DNA of 64,000 nt from Octopus vulgaris (Eukaryota), in the NCBI GenBank assembly GCA_951406725.2, contig OX597814.1:98332001-98396000 (forward strand), written 5' to 3'. Shown in pieces: positions 1 through 13,404 of the stretch. The number at the start of each line of letters is the position of its first letter. The stretch's first letter is position 1. The notes beneath the pieces are model-generated. The model had not been told where the DNA came from and ran no database searches. It worked only from the letters and a program-made list of their open reading frames with translations. The position numbers and the translations under genes are program-made.

Positions 1-90
1 ATATATATATATATATATATATACATACATACATATATGTATATATATATATATACATACATACATATATGTATATATATATATATATAA

Positions 91-729
91 AATAAGAAAA
101 TGGAGGAATAGATTTCTTTCAGTCATCAACTACCAGATAATACCAATTCATATAATTTATTAACTAATTATTTAGATTAAATAGGAACATCCAAATCCAA
201 CAGAATAATACAGAATAAAACAATATACATCAATAAGTAAAATAATACCATAAGAATAATACATATAAAATGGATCTTACAGCTGTTTAAGCCTGTAGAT
301 AATAGTATCTCATTATGTATATATGTATATATGCTTATTCTTGTATATGTGTACCTTCTTTAATATTCATATTTGCATTTTATATCTTCATTTTATATCT
401 TTATAATTATACTTTGCAATCTCTGACTAGGCCTTGAGATATATCTATAAGTAACTCATTTTTAATTATATATTACCTCAATACATCTGACTAATATGAG
501 CATAATGAGATACTATTATCTACAGGCTGAAACAACTGTAAGATCCATTTTATATGTATTATTCTTATGGTATTATTTTACTTATTGATGTATATTGTTT
601 TATTCTGTATTATTCTGTTGGATTTGGATGTTCCTATTTAATCTAAATAATTAGTTAATAAATTATATGAATTGGTATTATCTGGTAGTTGATGATTGAA
701 AGAAATCTATTCCTCCATTTTCTTATTTT
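91..729. repeat. Long inverted repeat (arms ~91-318 and ~502-729), probable Penelope-like terminal remnant
   Basis: AAATAAGAAAATGGAGGAATAG...ATCTCATTATG is the near-perfect reverse complement of CATAATGAGAT...TCCATTTTCTTATTT; flanked by (TA)n. Confidence 0.85.
419..544 (+). ncRNA. Degenerate type I hammerhead-like motif with long stem II
   Basis: ATCT-CTGACTA-GGCCT...AGGCT-GAAA-CAACTG-TA-AGAT; the opposite IR arm has the palindromic CAGCTG; core G8 is replaced by U. Confidence 0.5.
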
Positions 730-902
730 GTATTATGAATTTGAGGTAAAGCATTTAACCTTCGCCCATATAATACAATAAATGAATGAATTGCATTGCA
801 ATTCTTAGCATTTATGTATTAGCCTTTCTGGGTACTTTACTGGCAGTATATTGGATAAATGATATCCCATAGTGGGTTACACTCATAACCCCTATCTCAC
901 TT

Positions 903-959
<57 letters not shown>

Positions 960-964
<5 letters not shown>

Positions 965-2050
965 GACAACTGCTTATGATGTGGCTGATATTCTCAGTGT
1001 GAACTCCACAAAGTCTGCATCGGTTGTCACCTTTTACGGTTTTTCCCGTATCTCTATCCCTTTTGTGGATCAGGTACTTGGTTAATATTTCCTGTTCATG
1101 GATTGCAAACGCATACCATTCAAAGTGGGATGTAGTAATCCGGCTGTTGGTCCATGATAAACTGCTTTGATGATTGCTGTTACTATCATCACGGAACTTT
1201 CTAACAACATATCCATGCATAATCTTTTGCTCATATAGGTTCATCCTTTCATCTGATGATACGTTGCTGTAGGGTCGGGCGACTTCTTTGGGCATGTATT
1301 CTAGACAAAGAGTGTTGCTCAAGGAGCTGTCTCCTAAGCGTTATGATGTTATCAGTCTCATGCATGCAAACTTGGTCAAGAGACTCTTGGTGGTTAAAAG
1401 ATGTTGCCGAAGAGATATGATGCGACATTCAAAGGCATTTAGGCTCGATGTTAAGCCTCCGCCGCCTTGTTTACGTTTTTGGTAGAGATGGTCTACATTA
1501 TGTGTGCCTGTTAGTATTTTTCGGTTTTCACATCAGTGGCTCGGAGCTCATCGAGCGTCCAATCAAGCAGCCCAAGTATTGGTATGAATACTGTCACTGC
1601 AAACACATTGTGGGCCACTGTTTTATTAAATGCAGAGAGTTCTGAGGTCTAAAGTTTCTTTATTCGGCTGTAATATTCTTTAGTGACACGTGTCTTGCTG
1701 CAGGTACCGTTGTAAGTTATATTTTCATCGAACCCCCCTAGATACCTGTAATATTCCAAGTCAGATACAGGGGAAACAGTCAAATCCTTGATGGAGATAT
1801 TACTAGTCTAGTTTATAGTTTTCCCCTTTTCACAACCACATAACAACATTTATCCTGACCAAACTCCAGCCCTAAATCCTTTGAGAATGTTTTAACAAGG
1901 TCAATGCTCTTTTTCATCTCATGGATATCCTTTGCATAAAGTTTTAAGTCATCCACAAAGAAACAGTGTGTAATTTTGGTATTTCTGTTTCCTTGTGAGC
2001 CAGTGAGATATCCTTCAGAATTCCTTAACATGAATGACAAGGGGTTTACA
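960..2050 (-). pseudogene. Decayed R4/Dong-like (RLE clade) non-LTR retrotransposon RT and C-terminal zinc-knuckle fragment
   Basis: ITHCFFVDDLKLYAKD, FGQDKC and YAFAIHEQEILTKY...CRLCGVHTENISHIISSC across broken frames. Confidence 0.85.
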
Positions 2051-2158
2051 GGGGTTTATGTATGTATGTATGTATGTATGTATGTATGTATGTATGTATG
2101 TATGTATGTATGTATGTGCGTACGTATGTATGTGCGTACGTATGTATATATATATAAA

Positions 2159-2206
<48 letters not shown>

Positions 2207-2370
2207 TATGATACATATTTTGATATAACGTGTGTGTACAGTTATGCTTAACATGCTCGTGTACATTCTGATGTGAAAAGACAATAAGCTGCACTGGTTA
2301 TCCCGAGAGAAGTTCTTATAAACAATTTTAATGTAAACACTACTAGACTATGAATGACATCATAGACTCT

Positions 2371-2410
2371 TAGAATACATGCATTTCTGTGTCATACGCT
2401 TCATCAGCTA
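2371..2410 (-). ncRNA. Minimal hammerhead-like motif; decayed inverted copy at ~2543-2584
   Basis: Minus strand TAG-CTGATGA-AGCGTATGACACA-GAAA-TGCATGTA-TT-CTA; stem I TAG/CTA; stem III self-complementary. Confidence 0.55.
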
Positions 2411-3618
2411 CGTATAATGAATCGTCCTTCATGATTACTAAGAGCTGGTCGCTCTTAATTCAGAATAGCAAATGGTGCAGTTGCTGACGTGTAAAACAAA
2501 TTTGTCAATTTTTCATGGTCATGAACGATGGCTTGGTACATGTAGTTAATGAAATGTAACTACGCAGAAATGCATGTGTTCATATTGTTGACGCCAGGGT
2601 TGGGACAGTCAGCTAAGAAACAGGTTTCTTTCGTAGATTTTTAAAACTTTAGTGATACACATTTTACTACATATGATTAAGTAATGCGACGAAGCACTAC
2701 AATGGCTTACTATATATGTCTATGCCACACGACGAAACACTACAAAGGCTAAAAAAGAACCTAACAAAATCAAAGCAGAAACACAAACGGTATAGAGAAT
2801 AAGTAATAGAAGAAAGTTTCAGGATGTTCGGATAAGAAATTTAGAGGACAATGTCAGGAACACCAACAAAAACATTACAAATAATAGTTTTTACACATTT
2901 CCAACTATTACGGCCCGTTCATATATCAGCTGTGTGAAGACAGACTTCCCCTCAATACTATATAAAAAGACAGAATGCTTGAACTTATCACAGCTGCATG
3001 AAAAAAATGTTGATAGGAAAATCATTTTAAAATGGAACAGCATTTCTTAGACACAACAATAACCGAAGAAAGCCGAAGAAAAAAATTATATGTCTCTGCT
3101 AACGAAAAGACTGATTAAATATCTTAACACACGAAATAATATAACAAGCCCCCCAGAATATATATATGGAAATGATGTCCACTGAAAAAAGCAAAATCTA
3201 GAGAACTGTATTTCTAAAACTGGAAACATCTAAAAGCACATGCTGAAAATTTCAGCCACATCTCTGACTATTTATATAAGTTCCATGAGAAACGGCAGTG
3301 GCGGGAGATTAATGCTGGTTACTCTGATCCAATGTTGAGGGTAACTTCTCATCTGTAAATGATTTTTCTCTAAGCATTTCCTTTAACAGATATCTTTTTA
3401 AGAATTACAAGAGTATTTTATATAGCACCTTAGGGTAATTAGAAAATTATTAACGTCTTGTGTAATATATCTAACTTTCTTTTTTAACGTATCGTGTAAT
3501 ATATCTAACTTTCTCTTCGCCTCTATGTAATTTTCTTGCCCATCCTCCACATACTTTTTGATCCCCTTGTAAAAATTCTATTTCATGCATGAATGAAAAA
3601 TTTTAAATACTGAAATAC

Positions 3619-4484
<866 letters not shown>

Positions 4485-4490
4485 CTTTAT

Positions 4491-4685
4491 TAAGACGGTG
4501 TGTTGGCAGAATCGTTAGCACGCTAGACGGAATGCTACATTCTGAGTTCAAATTGCGCCGAGGTCGACTTTGCCTTTTATCCTTTCGGGGTTGATAAATT
4601 AAGTACCAGTGAAATACTGGAATCGATGTAATCGACTCATCCCCACCTCCCCCAAACTGCCTTTGTGGTAAAAAGATTTGAAATA
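4491..4685 (+). mobile_element. SINE family A (tRNA-derived head, CORE-like body)
   Basis: GGCAGAATCGTTAGCACG...GAGTTCAAAT...GAGGTCGACTTTGCCTTT..ATCCTTTCGGGG shared with many copies in the window. Confidence 0.8.
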
Positions 4686-4807
4686 ATAATAATTATTATT
4701 ATTTATTATTGGTGGCCAATAAAGAAAATATTATTATTATTACCTCCCCCTTCACTAATGGGGAGGTAACAATAATAATATTTTCTTTATTAATAATAAT
4801 AATATTT

Positions 4808-5090
4808 TCTTAGCGAAGGGTGAGGTATGGTTTTCAGTCGTGTTTGTTTATTTGTCCGTGGATAAGATATCTAAAGAACTGCCGAATGCATTCGGAGGGA
4901 ACTTTCAGAGATGTGTGGCCTCATGACTGGCACGAACTAATTAGATTTTTGGATCGATCCGGTTCCGGACAAGGATTCTGGAATATTTGTTATATTTACT
5001 TTACTTTACAAGAAGTATTACGATCTTACGTTCACTTTCAAGTCTTTCTCTCTGATTATATCACCCTTGGAAGCACACTCATGGTTTCCA
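4808..5090 (+). mobile_element. Helentron-like non-autonomous element, partial; related piece at 5641-5695
   Basis: Homologous to the complete copy at 43308-43652. Confidence 0.6.
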
Positions 5091-5393
5091 CGTCAGATAT
5101 GGCACCGTTGCTGTTTGCAAACCTTTATTTTCGTTTCACTATTATTAATTTTACTTGCGTCTCTTTCTTAGTAGAAACTGATGGCTAAAGAATTCAAACT
5201 ACATAAACAAACGACAGCAAAACCGTTCAGAAATTAACTAACACTAATATATTCACAACAATAATAAATTTAATTTATCTTCGAACATTTTTAGTTCTAC
5301 CAATTTTGAATATATCGTTCCTGTTTAAAATCTCTTACCTACTTGACAATTGCATTTCTAGCTCTACCTTAAAGGAAGCTTTACTTCTTGGAT

Positions 5394-5545
5394 TCATGTT
5401 TTTGTGCACAACGATATTGTCAAACCCCCGTTAACAGCACCGTATGCAGGTCCTTTCCATTTTCTTGCACGCACGGATAAATTTTTCACTATAGACCTTG
5501 ATTGTGAAGACACTATATCAGTAGATAGTCTGAAAAAAGCTTTAT
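5394..5545 (+). pseudogene. Gypsy LTR retrotransposon integrase C-terminal (GPY/F) fragment
   Basis: HVFVHNDIVKPPLTAPYAGPFHFLARTDKFFTI...ISVDSLKKA fits the PLxxPYxGPF...VSxDRLK pattern. Confidence 0.8.
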
Positions 5546-5702
5546 TAGAGAAAACTGTCCCTGTTCCCACAGCAGATGATACACACACAAAATTACAATC
5601 ACGGCCCGCACACCCACTTTCGCATTCCATGAGTATAGTTGGGATCGATCAGGTACAGGACAAGGATTCAGGATTATTTTTCCGTTTTTTTTCATATTAT
5701 TA

Positions 5703-5830
<128 letters not shown>

Positions 5831-6489
5831 GATATTATTAAGGCTGCGAGCTGGTAGAATCAGTAGCACGCCGGGCAAAGTGCTTAGCGGTATTTCGTCT
5901 GCTGCAACGTATATCCTTAAAGTATATATGAGCACGTCTAGCCATGCAACTACACGCATGAGAATATATACATAAAACAAAACATACAAATCTGCACATA
6001 TTCATTCATGCATACATACAAACATACATACATACATACATACATACATACATACATACATACATACATACATACATACATACATACATACATACATACA
6101 TACATACATACATACATACATACAAAAATAACCTGTTTTTGAAATTCCAAAGAAGGAGCATTTGATCTAGTTTGGAAACCAGCTCTTTTTCTATTGTCAA
6201 GAAATCCTGAAATAAAATTGAATTATGTCGTACATACACAAATACATACATACATACATACATACATACATACATACATGCATACATAATACATGCATAC
6301 ATACATACGTGCACACGAGTGATGTACTTAGGTAAGATGTACTTAGGTACAATATCTGAACAAAGATAGCAAATCTTAGCCTCGTTAAATTTTGTAAAGA
6401 TGTTCCTTCCTCCTCTACTCAATTCAGAAGTGCTTATGATTGCATCAATTTTGTAAACGGCAAATATAATTGTATAGTTTTACAAGAAT

Positions 6490-6707
6490 AGGCGTAGGCG
6501 TGGCTGTGTGGTAAGTAGCTTGCTTACCAACCACATGGTTCCGGGTTCATTCCCACTACGTGGCATCTTGGGCTAGTGTCTTCTACTATAGCCTCGGGCT
6601 GACCAAAGCCTTGTGATTGAATTTGGTAGACGGAAACTGAAAGAAAGCCGTCGTATATATGTATATATATGTGTGTATATATATGTGTGTATATATATAT
6701 CTATATC

Positions 6708-6758
<51 letters not shown>

Positions 6759-6968
6759 TTGAGTGTCTGTGTTTGTCCTAACAACATCGCTTGACAACCG
6801 ATGCTGGTGTGTTTACGTCCCCGTAACTTAGCGGTTCGGCAAAAGAGACCGATAGAATAAGTATTAGGCTTACAAAGAACAAGTCCTGGGTCGATTTGCT
6901 CGACTAAAGGTCGTACTCTGGCATGGCCGCAGTCAAATGACTGAAACAAGTAAAAGAGTAAAGAGAGT
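6490..6968 (+). mobile_element. SINE family B (tRNA-derived, internal TA/TG microsatellite, AAAGAGT tail)
   Basis: Head GTGGCTGTGTGGTAAG...GGTTCATTCCC; near-identical copies at 28064 and 44682. Confidence 0.9.
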
Positions 6969-7016
6969 AAGCTTCCACGTGTTGCGTACGCTTATTCATG
7001 TATATGTACATGAATT

Positions 7017-7090
<74 letters not shown>

Positions 7091-7092
<2 letters not shown>

Positions 7093-7388
7093 GAGGCGCA
7101 ATGGCCCAGTGGTTAGGGCAGCGGACTCGCGGTCGTAGGATCGCGGTTTCGATTCCCAGGCCGGGCGTTGTGAGTGTTTATTGAGTGAAAACACCTAAAG
7201 AGCTCCACGATGCTCCGGCAGGAGGTGGTGATCCCTGGTGTACTCTTTCTCCCACTCTTTCTTCTGTTGGCCTGCTCGCTTAGCCAGCGAGGTGGCGTCA
7301 TTCGAAGGTTAAAGCAATGCGAACGCATTGTGACCAGCGATGTGTAACTACATCTGATGGTCTGGTTGGTCACGTGAACACGTGACGT
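7091..7388 (+). mobile_element. SINE family C (tRNA-derived)
   Basis: A box TGGCCCAGTGG and B box GTTTCGATTCC; head related to 7930-8229. Confidence 0.85.
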
Positions 7389-7389
7389 G

Positions 7390-7445
<56 letters not shown>

Positions 7446-7929
7446 CATATATGTATACGTCTGCAGATGTAGGTAGGTATGCATATATAGATAACTGTAT
7501 AAATACTACATGCGTACACACCTATATTAATATACAGACACATGTCTGTATACTTACATATATACGCTTAAGTTTATATATCCACACGTATGCATGCACA
7601 CATATGACTGTATTAATGTGTGTATGTATGCGCATGTGTAAGTGTGAGAGAGAGACAAAGATAGAGAGAGAGAGAGCGAGTGCAGGTATGACTGTACGGT
7701 TTTTATGGCATGCAACCAAGTGATTCCTGTTTCGACCCCACTACGTGGCATACTCATTCCCATTTCGGGTCCGTGTGTATCACGTCAAGCTGGCTATGGG
7801 CACGATGACTTCCCTTTGCAAATACTGATAGGGCACAGATACTGCGTCGACAGCAAGCTAGAGATGTCTTCTAGGGGCCACAATCTACAGTACCATCGAC
7901 CCTTAAGGGTTAGCCACGTTTAGGTAGCA

Positions 7930-8229
7930 AATATACGCATATTCCTTCTCGAGCCATGCCTGGCTCATAAGGGCCGGTTTCCCGGTTTCCTTGGCGTATA
8001 GGTTCCCCACCTGAACTGGACGCCGGTCCGTCGCAGGTGAGCTGCAAGATGCGGCAGGAAAGAGTTGTGGCGAAAGAGTCAGAAGAAGTTCGCCATTACC
8101 TTCTGCCAGGGCCACGTGGAGCTTAGGTGTTTCGCTCATAAACACACACATCGCCCGGTCTGAGATTCGAACCCGCGATCCCTCGACCGCGAGTCCACTG
8201 CTCTAACCACTCGGCCATGTGCCTCCACA
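7930..8229 (-). mobile_element. SINE related to family C
   Basis: Minus strand TGGCCGAGTGGTTAGAGC...GGTTCGAATCTC; tail GAAACCGGCCCTTATGAGCC resembles that of 33550-33800. Confidence 0.85.
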
Positions 8230-8234
8230 ATATA

Positions 8235-8318
<84 letters not shown>

Positions 8319-8739
8319 TAATACAGTCATACCTACATGCGTACATATGTATATGTATCGATTTGTATATGTCTCTGTTCGCGTGCATTTTCTTATATAC
8401 ACTAGTTTACAACCCGTAAGAAGGCGTTTTTACAAACAGGGGTCAATATAACAAATACAACACAGGAATAAGAAGTGGGGATCATATGATCAAAACTAAA
8501 CACTTGAAGGTGGGAGATCGCAGTATGACACAAATTCAATGACTGAAAGCAGTAAAAGTATAAAAGACAAAGGATACAGTTGTATATATGCATGCGTGTG
8601 TATACATACATGCATACATACATACATACATACATACATACATACATACATACATACATACATACATACATTCATACATACATGCATACATACATACATT
8701 CATACATAAATGCATACATACATACATAACAAGCATACA

Positions 8740-9365
8740 TCATTTCCACATAAACAGTGACGTAGACCACCTCTACCTAAAACGAAAACAAGGCAGTATA
8801 GGTTTAACATCAATCCAAAATACCTTTGAATATCGCATCATAGCCCATTGGCAATATCTTTTAACCACCAAGTGTCGAAGTGCATCCTTTGACCAAGTTT
8901 GCATACATGAGGCTGATAGCATCATAACGCTTGGAAGGCAGCTCCTTGAGCAACACTCATTGTCTGATAACCTAGAATACATACCCAAAGAATTCGCCCG
9001 ACTCTACCGCAACGTATCATCAGATGAAAGGATGAGCCTATATGAGTAGAAGACAATGCATGGAGATGTCAGTCGAAAGCTCCGTGATGATAGTAACATC
9101 GATCATCAAAGCAGTTTATCATGGACGAACAGCCGGAGTACTACCTCCCACTTTGAAGGGTATGTGTTTGCAATCTAGGAAGAGGAAATATCTGTAAAAG
9201 AAAAGCTGTAAAATGTGACGACCGATGTAGACTTTGTGGCGTACACACTGAAGATATCACCCACATCATATGCAGTTGTCCGAAAATGTCATCATAGTAT
9301 ATATACCGATGAGACATGACGTTGTAGCTAGAACACTTTATAATGAAATCCGTCGACAAAGAAAT
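8740..9365 (+). pseudogene. R4/Dong-like retrotransposon fragment, same family as 960-2050
   Basis: FHINSDVDHLYLKRKQGSIGL, CRLCGVHTEDITHIICSC and MRHDVVARTLYNEI. Confidence 0.85.
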
Positions 9366-9427
9366 AAAAACCCAAATTATTTAACTGATGTGTTATTCTA
9401 TACACATTTACAGAAATTTAGGAACTA

Positions 9428-9479
<52 letters not shown>

Positions 9480-9572
9480 AAACTAGCTGCGTAAAAGTCA
9501 ATGCGAAGAGTCAATAATGAGAGTCAATATAACTAAACGTTTCAACCATATGTACTTATCGCACTACTAATA

Positions 9573-9797
9573 ATTTCCCGTACACATGTACGTTCACCAG
9601 GCGCCACTCACACTATATTCCCAAAACTTTTTCTATATAGAGAAACAGTTTAGAACCCGCACAAAGATAAAGCATGTCTCATAGAAGATACATGCTTTAT
9701 ATTTGTGTTGGTTCTAAACTGTTCTTCTATTTAAACAAGAGTTTTGGGAGTGTAGTGCGATTGGCGCCTGATGAACGTGTGCATGTACGGGAAACAG

Positions 9798-9799
<2 letters not shown>
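9573..9799. repeat. ~225-bp imperfect hairpin with a degenerate hammerhead-like motif in each arm
   Basis: TTTCCCGTACACATGTACGTTCACCAGGCGCCA versus TGGCGCCTGATGAACGTGTGCATGTACGGGAAA; the inner arms also pair, centre ~9683. Confidence 0.7.
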
Positions 9800-9853
<54 letters not shown>

Positions 9854-10105
9854 CGGAGCAAATAATTCACGAGAAAAAAATAATTTGCGAAGATATCATT
9901 GACTTAGTTATTATCTAGTGAAACAATTTAAAAATGATAATACCAGAATCAATAATACAGGCGATAGCAGCTCCCCACAAAACATTAAATTGCTGAAGGA
10001 TAAAAATTAATCAAAGGACACACTAAGTATATCTAATCGCTGGAAATAACAGTCAAAACTCTTATTTAAATCGCACTGATAATAACTACAGAAATCAACC
10101 GGATT

Positions 10106-10106
10106 T

Positions 10107-10164
<58 letters not shown>

Positions 10165-11010
10165 CATACACACACACATGCACACATACACGCATGCACA
10201 CATACATACATACACACACACACATACATACACTACATACATAGATACATACATACACACACATACATAAACATACATATGTACACACACGCACATACAC
10301 ACATACACGCATGCAAAAATACATACATACACACATACGTGCATACATACATACATACACACACACTTACACACATACACACACACATACATACATACGT
10401 ACGTACATACATACATACACACACACATACATACACACACATACATACATACATACATACACACATACACACACATACACACATACATACATACACACAC
10501 GCATACATATACATACATACACATACACACACATACACACATACACACATACATACACACACATATAAACACACATATAAGCCCCTACATTGTACACACA
10601 CGCACACATATATACATACATTCACTCGCACGCACGTACACACACACGCACACACACACACATTTACATATATATATACTATACACTCACACACACATAC
10701 ACACGTACAAACATACACAAACTCACATACACACCGACAGATATACATGCACAATATACACCTATCCGCGCACGCACACATACACACAAACACATACAAA
10801 CGCACACATACACGCACACACATACACGTACATACATACACTCTCACACAAATGAACCCACACATACATCCCTACACACACACACGCACGTACAAGCACA
10901 CACGCATTAGGTTAAGCAGTTACTCGCCACACACCCACACTCTACGCATACACACACGAAGACACACATGCACACACACACACACTACAAACAACACACA
11001 CACATGATAC
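10106..11010. repeat. Compound (TA)n/(CA)n/(CATA)n low-complexity tract
   Basis: Direct reading; the overlapping ORFs are repeat translations. Confidence 0.95.
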
Positions 11011-11322
11011 ATATAGCCCTTTTTTTTGACCCGGCTTTGACCTGGCTTGATACAAACAGCTAGTAGTCATTATGACAGCTGACTTTGTCATGGCCTTTAT
11101 TCACCAAAAATACACACACACACACACACACGCATGCACAAACACACTTGTCATCTTGCACACACACACACACACGCATTCCTTTTTTGGAACTCTCTTG
11201 CCTTATAAAACCATGTTTCGACTACCTTCAACTTCTCTTCTTTCAACATGTGATATCTTGAGTACCACCAGCTCAAATATTTTCTCCTCTGTCTTCCCTC
11301 CTTGGGATCTTTCCTTCTCCTT

Positions 11323-11357
11323 GTTTCCGACGAAGAGCTCCGCTCGAAACGTTAAAC
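11323..11357 (+). ncRNA. Minimal hammerhead-like motif (U4C variant) in a PLE-like terminal remnant (~11200-11465)
   Basis: GTTT-CCGACGA-A-GAGC-TCC-GCTC-GAAA-CG-TT-AAAC; the downstream flank recurs at 62981-63042. Confidence 0.65.
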
Positions 11358-11461
11358 CCTCCTTCCCTTCTTTCCTGAGCGTCAATAATACTTTAATTGT
11401 TCCACGTCCTGCGTTGCTGTGTTTTTTTTTTCTTTTTTTTTCTGTGTTTTCTTGTTTGGAT

Positions 11462-11526
<65 letters not shown>

Positions 11527-11708
11527 AAAGGGCTTAGTAAAATAAATTACTTTGCCACATACTGAACTCATTAGAAATAGTAGCTAAAAGACTTTTTTAA
11601 AACTATTTCTAATACTTAAAGAAAATCTCTCTCATATAGTGCTTGCTCAATTCAACTCACGAAAGTATGGGGGTAAAGACATTAAAAAATCAAATGCAAA
11701 GGTTATTT

Positions 11709-11758
11709 GAGAACGTACGTTTCAAGATTAGTCAACTCGACATTTCTATCATCAGCTC
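11709..11758 (-). ncRNA. Type I hammerhead ribozyme candidate, copy 1
   Basis: GAG-CTGATGA-TAGAAATGTCGAGTTGACTAATCTT-GAAA-CGTACG-TT-CTC; intact core and palindromic stem III. Confidence 0.75.
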
Positions 11759-12268
11759 AGAACTCCTTGGTTTGGATTTGAAAACACTGAAAGTGGGAGC
11801 ATACCCTTTCGGCTTCTTATCGCTTCTGAAGATTTGCTCGAAACTAACAGTGCCAGCAAACCCAAAATATGCAAGCGAAGAATTTCTGCTCTCCCCTTTC
11901 CACCAGCGTGGGTTAAAATCAGTAAACACTATGCTTTTTCGGTAAAATCCGAAGCATTAAATAGAGAGAGATGAATTATAATTTCAACAATTGAGGGTAA
12001 AATTAATTAATTATTAATCAATTTCACCAAGTATTCAGTATGTAAAGGGACCATTTAAGGCGAATTCAAATTATTACATTATATAAAAGGGCTTAGTAAA
12101 ATAAATTACTTTGCCACATACTGAACTCATTAGAAATAGTAGCTAAAAAAACTTTTTTAAAACTATTTCTAATACTTAAAGAAAATCTCTCTCATATAGT
12201 GCTTGCTCAATTCAACTCACGAAAGTATGGGGGTAAAGACATTAAAAAATCAAATGCAAAGGTTATTT

Positions 12269-12318
12269 GAGAACGTACGTTTCAAGATTAGTCAACTCGA
12301 CATTTCTATCATCAGCTC
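12269..12318 (-). ncRNA. Type I hammerhead ribozyme candidate, copy 2
   Basis: Identical to 11709-11758, exactly 560 bp away. Confidence 0.75.
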
Positions 12319-13235
12319 AGAACTCCTTGGTTTGGATTTGAAAACACTGCTATTTCTACTATTAGCTACTATTTCTAATGAGTTCAGTATGTGGCAAAGT
12401 AATTTATTTTACTAAGCCCTTTTATATAATGTAATAATTTGAATTCGCCTTAAATGGTCCCTTTACATACTGAATACTTGGTGAAATTGATTAATAATTA
12501 ATTTTACCTCAATTGTTGAAATTATATATATATATATATATATATACACATTATATAAAATCCGTTCTGTCTGTCACTGAGTGTGTCTTCTAGGATCTCG
12601 GGTTTCCTCCATCCGATTGCGCTCAAATTTGATACGTAGATACCGACGGTATCAGGGCGTGTATAAGTCTTGAAAAAAGTTTTAAAATCGATCCCAGGTG
12701 AGAATGCGATCGATAAAGACGTAGAAACGTGCATTTGTTCGCGCAAGTACATCAGCTGTTGCGATCGATACTACTCGTACGCGAGAAAAATGCACCTGCA
12801 GTTTGCGCCAAAAATCAACATGCTATTCCATCTACATTTACTTCCAGCTAACCCATTTGCATGCATCGTTTTTTGTCCTGCTTTTCTTCCGTCAACCTGT
12901 ACACCTTCCATTTTTTGTTGTTTTTGAACTGCTTAAAGGCACGTTTCTTTCCTGCCAAGCTTACTGTTTAAACCATGTTTGTGTTCTCCCAGTCTACAGC
13001 CTTATCATTACTGGTACTTTAAACTCTTCGGTTGCATATTTGTGTGAATATAATCGTTTTTCTTTAGAATAGATAAAAGTCTATCTTTATTTCTTCTTTT
13101 GCTGGTGTCTCAAATTTAGGTTAAATCAGTGTTTCTTAAAGAGGAGACCTATGGAACGGTCGGACAAATTGTTTTGAGAAAATTTGGTTTAAATGTTTGA
13201 CATTTCAGCATCGTCCATTTGACGGGGGCGTTTTG

Positions 13236-13277
<42 letters not shown>

Positions 13278-13308
13278 TGTGTGTGTGTGTGTGCGTGTGT
13301 GTGTATGC

Positions 13309-13349
<41 letters not shown>

Positions 13350-13404
13350 AATATATAAATATATATATACATACCTACATATATATGTATATATACATGC
13401 ATAT

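Larger units (their letters stand above)
11520..12525 (-). mobile_element. Non-coding PLE/retrozyme-like element: 270-bp direct repeats at 560-bp period plus an inverted arm
   Basis: 11520-11789 matches 12080-12349; ~12362-12525 is the reverse complement of ~11976-12146; bounded by (TA)n. Confidence 0.8.

Noticed and set aside
7091-7170. Functional tRNA gene (also considered for the heads at 8150-8229, 29276 and 33730-33800)
   Set aside because: A and B boxes are present, but acceptor stems are incomplete and each head continues into a repeat body
8401-8440. Possible decayed U3-A8 hammerhead on the minus strand
   Set aside because: It needs several corrections in the core and has no second copy in the window
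10106-11007. Long ORFs up to 242 aa, and similar poly-Y/I/N/L or YI/CMYV ORFs elsewhere
   Set aside because: They are translations of microsatellites with no protein-like complexity
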